From: Promethearchaeota archaeon
GTDB lineage: Archaea > Asgardarchaeota > Lokiarchaeia > Sigyniarchaeales > SOKP01
Assembly (NCBI GenBank): GCA_019057865.1
Contig: JAHLWP010000004.1
Span: 1-64,000 of the forward strand
Length of the DNA: 64,000 nucleotides
Reading direction: 5' to 3'
In this document: positions 19,925-30,171 of the stretch, in pieces
How positions within the stretch are numbered: the stretch's first letter is position 1
How the letters are laid out: each line of letters begins with the position of its first letter
The notes under the pieces: model-generated
The model's database searches: none
Told to the model about the DNA's origin: nothing
What the model saw: the letters and a program-made list of their open reading frames with translations, nothing else
Translations under genes and position numbers: made by a program

Positions 19925-20600
19925 TTATTTTTTCCATTTTCGATACCATAATTCGAACATAATTAGAGAACAACTTTCTCTGATCTTTATTAGAGAAATC
20001 AATTAATTGATCAACATATTTTTTATTAATAAGTTTATCTTTTATTGCCAATGAGTCTTGTAAAACATGAATTTTGCTTTTTATAAATCCAAGTTCACTA
20101 ATTGGGGCACTAAAACCTTTTTTTTTTTTTAAATAATTTCTGGAGGTAATAGAGATTTTGCTAATTCTTTTAACAAATACTTTTTCTTATTTTTTCTAAA
20201 AATTAATTTATGGTCAAGAGACATAATATATTCTACTAATTTATGATCAATTAATGGAATTCTTGCTTCAATCGAATACCATACTTGCTCTATCAACTTT
20301 TACTAAAATGTGATCTACTAAGAATGTGTGTAAATCTAAAATCATTGCATCCTTGATATTTCTTAAATTATTTCTAAAATATTTATACATAAAATCTTCA
20401 TTACTTATAGTTTTTTGAATGTCTTGATCAAAAAGTAAATTAAGTTCATCTAAAGAAAAGTAAACGTCACTAATACTAATATATCTTTCAAAATCATTTA
20501 ATTTTAATAATTTTAAATGCTTATTTATAAAATTTAAAGCTCGATTTTCAAAAAATTTTGAAAGTTTTGAAGTAAAAATATATAAAGAATTTAATGTATT
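19925..20600 (-). pseudogene. 3' remnant of an AsnB-like glutamine amidotransferase
   Basis: Across frameshifts: LVDHILVKVDRASM / IEARIPLIDHKLVEY...KYLLKELAKSLLPPEII / KGFSAP / MFELWYRKWKK*; N-terminal domain absent; 5' boundary approximate. Confidence 0.8.
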
Positions 20601-21528
20601 CTCTATGTGAAAAAAATAAAATGCATAAGAAGCAATTTTGTGAACCATTTGATTTAGTATTAGTTCCAGGGCCATATTCATATGATGAAATTGCAAAATA
20701 TACAAAATCTGTTATTGTAGGATATCCAAAATTCGATGATTTTTTTAAAAGTTTAATTAAGAAGGATGTCATTTTAAAAGAGCTTAATTTAAATATAGAT
20801 ACTGCTAAAAAAACTATATTTTATGCCCCAACTTTTAACCTATTTGGACGTAGTTCAATTCCTATTTTTTATCAAGAAATTATAAAACTAAGTATTGATT
20901 TTAACGTTATTTTCAAGCCGCATATTTATACAGACATTAATGAAAAAAATTTAATTAAAATATTTGAAAATGATAATATATTTATAGAGAGTGCATTAAC
21001 TCGATTTGACAAACTACTAGCAATATCAGACGTTCTCATTGGTGATGTCCAAAGTGGAGTTCCTTGGGAAGGTGTTACTACTAATAAACCAACGATAGCG
21101 TGTTTTAGGAAATCAAGAAATACTTTTGAAAACTTGGAGAAAGAAATTATTAAAGGAGAAGTCGTTCCTATTGTAAAAAACCACAAAATTTAAGAATGAC
21201 AATTGAAAATCTCTTAAACAATCCACAAAAATTTGAAAAAATGCGTTTATTTTGGGCGGATAAAGTATGTTCATTTAGAGATGGAACTAATGGAAAAAGA
21301 TCTGCAGAAATAATTAAATCTTTTGTAGAAAAAGGAATCATATTATCAAGAAATGAAAGAATTCGGAGATATAAACTTTTGCATCCATATGAACTTCCTA
21401 TCTTTAATCCATATTTGCGAAGAGCAAAACAATTCCTGCTGGCATGTTTATCGTACTTAAAAGAACCATTGTTGATAACACATAAATTAAAACAAAATTT
21501 CAAAAGGATAATAAACTTAAGAAACTAA
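20594..21528 (+). pseudogene. 5'-truncated, frameshifted TagF-like CDP-glycerol glycerophosphotransferase
   Basis: VGYPKFD, TIFYAPTF, FKPH, SDVLIGD, NKP, then a frame change near the A-run at ~21175-21180 to ...FRDGTNGKRSAEII. Confidence 0.7.
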
Positions 21529-21573
21529 CTTATTTTCAATAGAGATTAAAACGCATTTTGATAGAAAAATATT

Positions 21574-22497
21574 TTATTTGCTCATTTTTATAAAAATTTC
21601 ATCTAAACTTGGTTCTATTTGATTAAATTGTATAATTGTAAAATCTTTAATATTTTTAAGTAATTCAGGATAAAACTCTTCACTTTCTATAATGAAGAAA
21701 ATATCTTCATTAATATCTTCTATTTTGCTTATAAAATCCAATGATTTTAAACATTTTAACAAGGCATCTTTCCCATTCTTTATTTTTAATTTAATCTTTA
21801 TTTTATCAGATAAAATTTTTTTAAAATTATCTTGAGTATCAACTTTTAAAATATTTCCCTTATTTAAAAACGCGATTCGATCACAAATCTTTTCAACAAT
21901 ATTCATTTGATGTGATGTTAAGAAAATTGTTTTTTTAAAATCTAATAAAATATCTATCATTGTTTGAACTGAAGAGGGATCTAACCCTAACATTGGTTCA
22001 TCAAGGAAAAGAATTTTTGGATTTATTATTAAAACTCTTGCTAAAGCTAATTTTAATTTCATACCTTTAGAATATTTCTCAACATATTGGTTTATCCATT
22101 TTTTCAAATCAAGCTTTTCTACAATTTCATCTATTTTTGTTTTAAAATCTTTAATACCATAAAGTTTACAAAAATATTTTAAATTTCTATAACCGGTAAT
22201 TCTGTAATAAATCATATCACCTCCAAGCATTAATCCTATATTTTCTTTTATTGCTCCTGAATTTTTTAAAATATTATAGCCTAACACTTTGGCATATCCA
22301 TTTGTAGGTTGTATAATAGTGGTTAAGATCGAAACCATAGTTGTTTTACCAGCACCATTGGGTCCTAACAATCCAAAAATTTCACCTTTTTTAACTTTTA
22401 AATTGATTTTGTTTAAAGCAGTTATCTCTTTCAATTCTGCTCTAAGTTTATAAACTTTAGTTAAATTAACAATTTCAATATCATATTTTTGAGACAT
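21574..22497 (-). CDS. ABC exporter ATP-binding subunit
   Basis: GPNGAGKT, YSKGM, FLDEP, TSH. Confidence 0.92.
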   Translation of the reverse strand: MSQKYDIEIVNLTKVYKLRAELKEITALNKINLKVKKGEIFGLLGPNGAGKTTMVSILTTIIQPTNGYAKVLGYNILKNSGAIKENIGLMLGGDMIYYRITGYRNLKYFCKLYGIKDFKTKIDEIVEKLDLKKWINQYVEKYSKGMKLKLALARVLIINPKILFLDEPMLGLDPSSVQTMIDILLDFKKTIFLTSHQMNIVEKICDRIAFLNKGNILKVDTQDNFKKILSDKIKIKLKIKNGKDALLKCLKSLDFISKIEDINEDIFFIIESEEFYPELLKNIKDFTIIQFNQIEPSLDEIFIKMSK

Positions 22498-22535
22498 TTT
22501 TATTTACCATCCATTATAACCCAGTTTCATTCAAA

Positions 22536-23369
22536 TTAATAACCTGAGATACCATATTTTTTATAAAGTTTATTAAATAAGTATATTGCGATAATGGGAG
22601 TCATTAATGTAAGTAATATTATTATAGTTATATGGGCAGGGGTGATATAAATTAAAGCGATTTCAGGATCAATAGCCATATACCAAGATAAACGTACTAA
22701 ATCAAAAATATAATAAAGAGGATTTAGAAGTATAAAATATTGAATTAAAATTGGAAAAATTTGTAATGGATAACTATAGCAACTCAACCAAAAAAGAAAT
22801 TTCAAAAGTAATTGTGATATTCTTCCAATACTTTCATTAGTTATCGCAAAAACACTAATTAATAGTCCTATACTTCCAAATATTAATGATATAGAGAAAA
22901 ACAACAATAAAACTAATAAAACATTTATTAACGGTATAGGAAATAAAATCCATGCTAAAATTAAAAATATTATGAATGGAATGCTTATTAAAATTAATTC
23001 TGATAAAAGTAATCCTACTAAATAGGTAAACATATTTAAGGGAGCAACCAAGAATGATTGCAATGTATTCCAAAATTTTTCTTGAAGCAGCATTTGAAAA
23101 AACCTATCAATAACTTGCCTTAAAAATTGTATACAAAATGCTAACATCATGAAAAGAATGTAATTATCACTTCTCCAATATCCAAAATTATAATCTTCAC
23201 TAATAGAAAAAATTGTTCCAAATATAATCAATGGCATTAAAACTTGAATAATTGGATTGAGAAACCGTAATAAAAATGAAGTCTTAAACCGCGTTTCTAA
23301 ATATAAATTTTTTTCCACTAAAGCTGAGACTTGCCTTAATCCTTTTTTAATAGATTTTTTTTTTAGCAT
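22536..23369 (-). CDS. ABC-2 type permease
   Basis: About 6 TM helices, YPLQIFP...LNPLYYIFDLVR; adjacent to the ATPase. Confidence 0.85.
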   Translation of the reverse strand: MLKKKSIKKGLRQVSALVEKNLYLETRFKTSFLLRFLNPIIQVLMPLIIFGTIFSISEDYNFGYWRSDNYILFMMLAFCIQFLRQVIDRFFQMLLQEKFWNTLQSFLVAPLNMFTYLVGLLLSELILISIPFIIFLILAWILFPIPLINVLLVLLLFFSISLIFGSIGLLISVFAITNESIGRISQLLLKFLFWLSCYSYPLQIFPILIQYFILLNPLYYIFDLVRLSWYMAIDPEIALIYITPAHITIIILLTLMTPIIAIYLFNKLYKKYGISGY

Positions 23370-23590
23370 TTTATTTTGTATAATTGTAAAATATAAAAAG
23401 TTAGCTTAAAAAACTATTTAAGAAAAATATTGCACTCTTAAAATAATTTTTTTGGTAATTATTTAACTTGTTTAGGAATATATCTTTTTCCAAAGCGAAA
23501 TTTTAAAGTCAATTAATTTTTTGAGCTATAGTTGATTATTCATTAAAAAATAAGATTTATAGTAAATATGAGGATTTCAATGAAATATGA

Positions 23591-24280
23591 CTAATTCAAC
23601 TTCTCTAATAATACCCATAAATTACTATAAAATAGATTATTATATCCATATTGGTTTTTGTAATAAATTTTAAAAAATAAATTAAAGATTTGAAGTCTTA
23701 GATTATTAGAAATAATAGGAATTGAAAACTTATTTCTTATAAGAAAATTATTTCTTAATCCTCTCTCTTTAATAAAATTCAATGCTTAATCATAATTGAA
23801 AAACCATTTATGACGATCAGAGGGTTTTTCTATAGGTAATCCATAAAATTTTAGTTCATCTTTCCCACTTATCAGTGAAAATTTAAAAGTTACCCAATTA
23901 TTTGGAAGTGAAATAATTATATATCTTTTTGATACTCTGCAGAGTTCATCAAATATTTCATGAATGTTTTCTAAATGCTCTAAAACTTCAGTACATACAA
24001 TTGTATAAAAACTATTATCTTCAAAAATTTTTAATTTATCTTTTTATAAATCTATAATAATATCTAGCTTACCTGATATATCAATTCCAACGTATTTCAC
24101 ACCTTTAGGTATATAATTTTTCAGAGAACCTTCATTACACCCTACATCTAAGACTGAATTTTTCAAAAAATTCTCATATATTTTTGAAATAAATTCGGCT
24201 CTTTCTTCTCTATTACCAAATGGAAAGTAAATATTCTTGTTCTTTAAATATTTCTTAAAACTTTTCTTAACGTACTCCAT
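23591..24280 (-). pseudogene. Class I SAM methyltransferase interrupted by two in-frame TAA stops
   Basis: One frame: VLDVGCNEG...IIDL*KDKL...CTEVLEHLEN...ISLPN...DRHKWFFNYD*ALNF; stops at 24044-24046 and 23786-23788. Confidence 0.85.
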
Positions 24281-24561
24281 AATAATATCAATGAATTAAT
24301 ATAATTAAGGATACATAGGTTTTCAAAAAAAAATTTAAATCCTGAATTAACACATTATTTTTAACTTGATAAAAAATTTAACGATAAAATAAATATGCAA
24401 ATAATAGTTATATTGAATCTTGAAAATTTATTCATATTCTATATTATTAAATTAATGAATTTTTTAAATTATTAATTAATTTGTACTATAAAAAAAGTTA
24501 AATTGCACAACTATTTAATTATAGATAGAAGTATGAAACTAAATCAAAAAGTACTATTCTA

Positions 24562-25476
24562 ATGAATGTTGACGATAAAAAAGAAAATCTTTCTTTTTCT
24601 ATACTTATGGCTAATTACAATAATGCCAAATACATTGAGGAAGCAATAAATAGTGTTATATTACAAACTTATCCTTTTTGGGAATTGATCATTGTTGATG
24701 ATTGTTCTACAGATGATTCTATTCAAATAATTAATTCTTTTTTAGATGATGAAAAAATTAAACTCATTAAACTTAACAACCATTATGAAGTAGGAACTGC
24801 AAAAAATATCGCAGCAGCCAATGCTAGTAAAAATGTTTTAGGTGTTCTTGATTCTGATGATAAATTAGATGAGAAAGCTCTAGAAATAATAGCAGATGCT
24901 TATAAAAAATATCCTGATTGTGGTGTTATTTATAGTACTATGTGGAATTGTAATTCTGATTTAAAAGATTGCAAAGTCGATAAGAAAATAGGACCAATTA
25001 TTCCTGAAAAAAGTTTTATATTCAATCCTAAAATTTCACATTTTAAAACATTTCTTCGGGAAGTATATTTAAAAACTTCTGGTTATGACAATAAATTAAA
25101 AGCAGGTGTTGATAAAGATATCCTCCTTAAGTTAGAGGAAATTACTAAGTTTAAATTTATCGATCTTCCATTATATTATTATCGACACCACAAGAGCGGA
25201 ATTTCTCAAGATGAAAACAAATTTCAAGCGAGAGTTTATTATTATATCGCTAAATGTAAAGCATACCAAAGAAGACTTAATACAAATCTTCCTAATTATA
25301 CTCTAAAAGAGTTATATAAAGAATATTTTACAATAACCTTATTTAAATTAAGAAGAACAATAAAATATTTATTAAAATCATATTATGGTCTTACTTTCTT
25401 TAGAGTAATTCTTAAACTACTTCCTCATTCACAAATTCATAAAACAATTGAAAATCTTTTGAATAGATTAAAATAA
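24562..25476 (+). CDS. Glycosyltransferase family 2
   Basis: SILMANYN, IVDDCSTD, LDSDD, LYYYRHH. Confidence 0.9.
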   Translation: MNVDDKKENLSFSILMANYNNAKYIEEAINSVILQTYPFWELIIVDDCSTDDSIQIINSFLDDEKIKLIKLNNHYEVGTAKNIAAANASKNVLGVLDSDDKLDEKALEIIADAYKKYPDCGVIYSTMWNCNSDLKDCKVDKKIGPIIPEKSFIFNPKISHFKTFLREVYLKTSGYDNKLKAGVDKDILLKLEEITKFKFIDLPLYYYRHHKSGISQDENKFQARVYYYIAKCKAYQRRLNTNLPNYTLKELYKEYFTITLFKLRRTIKYLLKSYYGLTFFRVILKLLPHSQIHKTIENLLNRLK

Positions 25477-25557
25477 ATCTTAAAAATTAATGTATAAAAT
25501 AAAAAATGAATAATAAATCATAAATATCAAATTAAATAAAAATATTTAAAATTCGTA

Positions 25558-26787
25558 ATGCTTTTAGTTAACTATTTCACTTTAATAGCAAGAAATATTT
25601 TAGGTTTCCTTAGCTCAATAAATGCTTTCTTTATAATACTCTCTTTAGTCTTTATTTTTCATGTATTAAATTTAATTATAAGAGATAAAAAATATATTAA
25701 TGCTTTAAAAAAATTTGAAGATCCTAAGGAAATATCAATAAAGGATTTACAATATTTACCATTAGTAAATATAATTATACCAGCTTGGAAAGAAGGAAAA
25801 GAGTTTCAAGATTGCTTAAATTCTATTGTAAAATTGAAATATCCTAAATTAAAAATTATAGTTAATGCTGGGGGAAGCGAAGAGACAATAAATATCGCTA
25901 AATCATGTAAAAAATATTCTAATTTTACTATTCTTCATCAAAAGGGTGGAAAAACTAGAGCTGCTATTGGTAAAATAAAGGCTTTAAATGATTGTTTGAA
26001 TTACGTAACAGAAGGAATTTTATATTTAATCGACGCTGATTGCTTCATTACAGATGATCTCCTGTTAAGAATGATTTATCCAATAATAAATCAAGATGAA
26101 AATGTTGTCATTGGAGCAGGATTAAGACCACTTAAGTCCATAGAAAACATTGATTTGGTGAAATATTTACAGATATCTACTAATCGATTTTTTAAAGAAA
26201 AATTCACTAGACATTACAAAATTAGGATCTCTGGAGCTAATACTACCGTTAATTTTGAAGCTATGGAACAGATTGGAAGATTTACTGAAAATCGAGATAT
26301 AGCTGAAGATGTATCTAGAGGTCTTGATATCCTTTCTAAAGGCTTCAATATCTACAGCTTAATTGACTATAGAAGTTGTATATATACTGATTTTCCAAAA
26401 ACTTTTAAAGAATTATTAGAACAAAGAAAGAGACAAATTGAAAATTCATTGATAAATTCATTTCGAAATAAAAGAGTAAAGTTTATTTTAAAATTTTTAG
26501 CCTTATTATTAGGATCTTTATATATATTAGTATTTCCATTATTCTTATTATTGCATTACGGTTTATTTTTCATTGGGGTATACATTTTACTTTTTATGTA
26601 TTTAAAGAAAATCAGATATTATATATTCTTTAGAAGAATTGTAGATAAAAAATATTATACTAAATTTCGTGTGAGATTTTTCATTAAAATTATATTTTAT
26701 ATTTATATTGAAATGATTTCTACTATTTTAATTCCATTTGACTTAATATTATATAAGAAAAAGTTAAAAAAGAAAAATAAAGTCTAA
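25558..26787 (+). CDS. Membrane-bound GT2 (processive synthase-like)
   Basis: N-terminal TM, IIIPAWKE, KIKALN, DAD, AED, QRKRQ (QxxRW-like), C-terminal TMs. Confidence 0.8.
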   Translation: MLLVNYFTLIARNILGFLSSINAFFIILSLVFIFHVLNLIIRDKKYINALKKFEDPKEISIKDLQYLPLVNIIIPAWKEGKEFQDCLNSIVKLKYPKLKIIVNAGGSEETINIAKSCKKYSNFTILHQKGGKTRAAIGKIKALNDCLNYVTEGILYLIDADCFITDDLLLRMIYPIINQDENVVIGAGLRPLKSIENIDLVKYLQISTNRFFKEKFTRHYKIRISGANTTVNFEAMEQIGRFTENRDIAEDVSRGLDILSKGFNIYSLIDYRSCIYTDFPKTFKELLEQRKRQIENSLINSFRNKRVKFILKFLALLLGSLYILVFPLFLLLHYGLFFIGVYILLFMYLKKIRYYIFFRRIVDKKYYTKFRVRFFIKIIFYIYIEMISTILIPFDLILYKKKLKKKNKV

Positions 26788-26842
26788 TTTAGAATAACAT
26801 ATTTTTTCTAAATTCAAGAAAAGATTTGAGACTGATTAAAGT

Positions 26843-27787
26843 ATGAATCCAATCAATTACATTATAAAAATTATTAAAAAATTCTCTAATTTGAATCCTA
26901 ATTCAAATAAAAAAATCTTAAACTTATATTTTAAATCAATTTTTTATCGAAAAAAGCATCTTAAGAAAGGAAAATATGAGTGGTTGAAAGAAATTAAACT
27001 AAAAATCTTAAACAAAAGAGATGGTCTTCTTAAATACAAGAATTTTCAATTTATTTTACCTAAAAATGATTTAAAATATATTCCTTTACACCAGAAATAC
27101 TTATATGCTGCTTTAATAGGTTATTATAATATTCCAAAATATTATCTATTATTCTGGGATGATCTCATAATTTTTTATGAATTCTTTATCAAAAAAATCT
27201 ATGATAAAGTATTTAACATCAATAAAGGAGATGTTGTTTTTGATGTTGGTGCTAGTATAGGATGGTATGCTTTTAGAATATCACAAAAAGTTGGAGAAAA
27301 TGGAACCATAATTGCTTTAGAACCAGATCCAGAAAATTTCTCTTATTTGAAAAGAAATATAGAATTTAATAAGTACAGAAATATTATACCTTTAAATCTT
27401 GGAATATGGTCCTCAAAAGGAAAAATGACACTTATAAGAAAAAAATATGCTTCTACTTTAAAAAGCATATTATTAAGATATGAAAAGATAGAAAAAAAAA
27501 AAAAAGTTCAGATTGATGTTGATACAATAGATAATATTGTGTTAGATTTGGGATTAGAAAAAGTAACTCTTATTAAAATGGATATCGAGGGAGCTGAAAT
27601 CGAAGCTATTAAGGGAGCAAAAAAAACCCTGACTAAATTGAAAGATATAAGATTAATAATTGCTGCTTATCATGAAACAGTATCAGGTATAAAAACTTAT
27701 AGATTCTTAGTCCCATATTTAGAAAGATTAAAATTTAGAGTTATTAAGGAAAATTTACCATACATTTATGCTGAGAAACATGAATAA
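26843..27787 (+). CDS. FkbM-family methyltransferase
   Basis: VFDVGASIG, LEPDP, IKMDIEGAE, AAYH. Confidence 0.9.
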   Translation: MNPINYIIKIIKKFSNLNPNSNKKILNLYFKSIFYRKKHLKKGKYEWLKEIKLKILNKRDGLLKYKNFQFILPKNDLKYIPLHQKYLYAALIGYYNIPKYYLLFWDDLIIFYEFFIKKIYDKVFNINKGDVVFDVGASIGWYAFRISQKVGENGTIIALEPDPENFSYLKRNIEFNKYRNIIPLNLGIWSSKGKMTLIRKKYASTLKSILLRYEKIEKKKKVQIDVDTIDNIVLDLGLEKVTLIKMDIEGAEIEAIKGAKKTLTKLKDIRLIIAAYHETVSGIKTYRFLVPYLERLKFRVIKENLPYIYAEKHE

Positions 27788-27813
27788 TAATTAATAAAAA
27801 AGCCCTTTTTCTC

Positions 27814-28875
27814 TTAATTATTCTCAGCAATACATTTTGCAAGTTTATAATATTTTTTAGAAGATTTCTTCCATGAATATTTTTTTATTAATTCCAATCC
27901 GTTTTTAATTATTTGGTTTTTCAAATAATCATCATTAATATATTCTAAGATCAAGTTAGCTAGAGTCTTATGATCTTTTGGGGGGAAATAAAGAGGGAAA
28001 TTTTGATATATTTCTCTAAATACAGGAATATCCGAGCAAATAACAGGTATACCACATGCCGCTGCTTCTAATCCTGGTAATCCAAAACCCTCATAAAGAG
28101 ATGGAAAAACAAAAAAATTGCATAAATTATATATTTCTATTAATCTCTCATCGCTTATACTTGTAAGATATATGATATCCTTTTCTAATCCTAAATTCTT
28201 TATTATTTTTGGATAACTAGGAGTTCCTACTCTAATCAACTTAATCTTTTTCTCCTTTTTTTTAAGAATGTAGAATGCTTTTAATAAAGTTAAAAAATCT
28301 TTTCTCCCTGTTTCAGTTCCAACATGTAAAATTTTCCTAAATTCAGGATAAAAAGGTGTTAATTCAGTAATTTTATTTTGAGGAATTGGCTTAAAGATTT
28401 CACGATTTATACCACATTTTATAACTATTATTTTCTCTTCAGGCACACCTAGAAATTTAATTATTTCATTTTTAGTAAAATCTGAAATTGCCATGATATA
28501 TTTACATCTTTTCAAACCTGATATTAAATACTTCTGGATAATCCATGGTTTTCTTTTTCCAATAAATACGTAAATATCAGCACAGGTTATAATCGTTTTA
28601 TTTCTATTTAAAAAGTATCCCAGATCGCCAAGATGTTGAAAACTTATATTAAAAACTACATCATCCTTTATTCTTTTTGAATTAAAATGACTAGAGAGTG
28701 GATAAAGAATATATCTTTTTGATAAATAATCTAAAGGATTTTTAGGAGGATTATAATATTCATAGGTAAATTTTAAATCTTTTTTGTCTTTCAGAGGTTT
28801 ACTTAATTCAATATGTACTCTTAAAATACCATTGATATAATTTAATTTTTGACCAATGAAAGTTTTAATTTCCAT
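27814..28875 (-). CDS. Glycosyltransferase family 4
   Basis: ISDFTK, RK, FPSLYEGFGLPGLEAAACG. Confidence 0.92.
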   Translation of the reverse strand: MEIKTFIGQKLNYINGILRVHIELSKPLKDKKDLKFTYEYYNPPKNPLDYLSKRYILYPLSSHFNSKRIKDDVVFNISFQHLGDLGYFLNRNKTIITCADIYVFIGKRKPWIIQKYLISGLKRCKYIMAISDFTKNEIIKFLGVPEEKIIVIKCGINREIFKPIPQNKITELTPFYPEFRKILHVGTETGRKDFLTLLKAFYILKKKEKKIKLIRVGTPSYPKIIKNLGLEKDIIYLTSISDERLIEIYNLCNFFVFPSLYEGFGLPGLEAAACGIPVICSDIPVFREIYQNFPLYFPPKDHKTLANLILEYINDDYLKNQIIKNGLELIKKYSWKKSSKKYYKLAKCIAENN

Positions 28876-28997
28876 ATTTTTAAATCAATGAATTTTACAT
28901 ATTGAATTTTTCCATCAATATTAGAATTTATTAAAAACCATGGAAGAAATTAATAATTAAATTAAAAATTGATAAATAATTCATTGTTAAATATATC

Positions 28998-30149
28998 ATG
29001 GAAGATCTTATACCTATTAAAAATGTTATAAAAGAAAATCCTCGAGTTAAAGCACTTGAAAAGCAAGGTTTTATAATTAAGCCTGAGAACATCGAGGACT
29101 ATTTAGATGATTTCAAAAATAGGGTATCTGCTTTACCCAATAAAAATTATTGGAGAGAAAAACGCATATTAATAACAGGAATTAGTGGGTTTGCCGGCAG
29201 TCATTTAGCAGAACAATTATTAGATTTAGACTGTGAAGTTCATGGTACAATTCGGCGACATGCTGTACCGATGCATGAAAATATAGAGCACTTAAGAGGT
29301 AAAATTTTCCTCCATGAAGCTGATATAACTAGTGCCGAAAGAATGGGGGGAATCTTTGAAAAAGTAGAACCAAATGCCGTATTCCATCTTGCAGCTGAAT
29401 CATTTATACCAACATCCTTTAGAGAGCCTGCAAGGGTAGCTCACAATAATATAGTTGGTACTATTAAAATTTTTGAGGCAGCAAGAAGATTTGATAATGA
29501 ATTAGAAAGTATTCAAGTGGCTTGTAGTAGTGAACAATATGGATTAGTAGATCCTAATGAAGTTCCTGTTACAGAAGATTTAAAAAGAAATCCTTTTCGT
29601 CCCAGAAGTATATACGGAATAACTAAATGTGCTACTGAACAAATAGCATGGCTATACCATAGTGCATATGGAGCACCTAGCATTATCACGCGTGGTTTTA
29701 ATCATGAGGGTCCACGAAGAGGGATTCAATTTGTTACTAGTGTAATCCATCGACAAATAGTTGAAATTTTAAATAAGTCGAGGACTCGACTTATAATTGG
29801 AAATCCCAATTCAATTAGGGACTATACTCATGTTAAAGATACTGTAAATGCATATATTTTACTTTGTGAAAAAAAAAGATATGGTGAACCTTATAATGTA
29901 TGTTCAGGTAAAGGTATTACAATAGGTAATTATGCTAAAATAGCAAAAAAAGTTTTTAATGTTACTGCAGAAATCCTTATTGATCCAAAAAGAATGCGCC
30001 CAAGTGAAGTGCCTTTATTAATAGGTAAAAATGATAAAATAATAAAAGAAACCGGATGGCAACCTATAAGATCTATTATTGATATAATAAAAGAAGGTGT
30101 TCAATACTTTAAAGAACATCCAGAACAATTAGGAATTGAAGCACATTAA
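28998..30149 (+). CDS. GDP-mannose/GDP-heptose 4,6-dehydratase
   Basis: ITGISGFAGSHL, HLAAES, SSEQYG, YGITK, FNHEGPRRG, RPSEV. Confidence 0.85.
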   Translation: MEDLIPIKNVIKENPRVKALEKQGFIIKPENIEDYLDDFKNRVSALPNKNYWREKRILITGISGFAGSHLAEQLLDLDCEVHGTIRRHAVPMHENIEHLRGKIFLHEADITSAERMGGIFEKVEPNAVFHLAAESFIPTSFREPARVAHNNIVGTIKIFEAARRFDNELESIQVACSSEQYGLVDPNEVPVTEDLKRNPFRPRSIYGITKCATEQIAWLYHSAYGAPSIITRGFNHEGPRRGIQFVTSVIHRQIVEILNKSRTRLIIGNPNSIRDYTHVKDTVNAYILLCEKKRYGEPYNVCSGKGITIGNYAKIAKKVFNVTAEILIDPKRMRPSEVPLLIGKNDKIIKETGWQPIRSIIDIIKEGVQYFKEHPEQLGIEAH

Positions 30150-30171
30150 AAAAATTAAGTCTTTTTGTAAA

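Noticed and set aside
20268-20772. ORFs of 145 and 74 aa as real genes
   Set aside because: They are pseudogene pieces and antisense of the TagF remnant
23786-24046. Stop-codon recoding (Sec, Pyl or alternative code)
   Set aside because: Stops are TAA, the main terminator in this window, and lie in a region with other decayed genes
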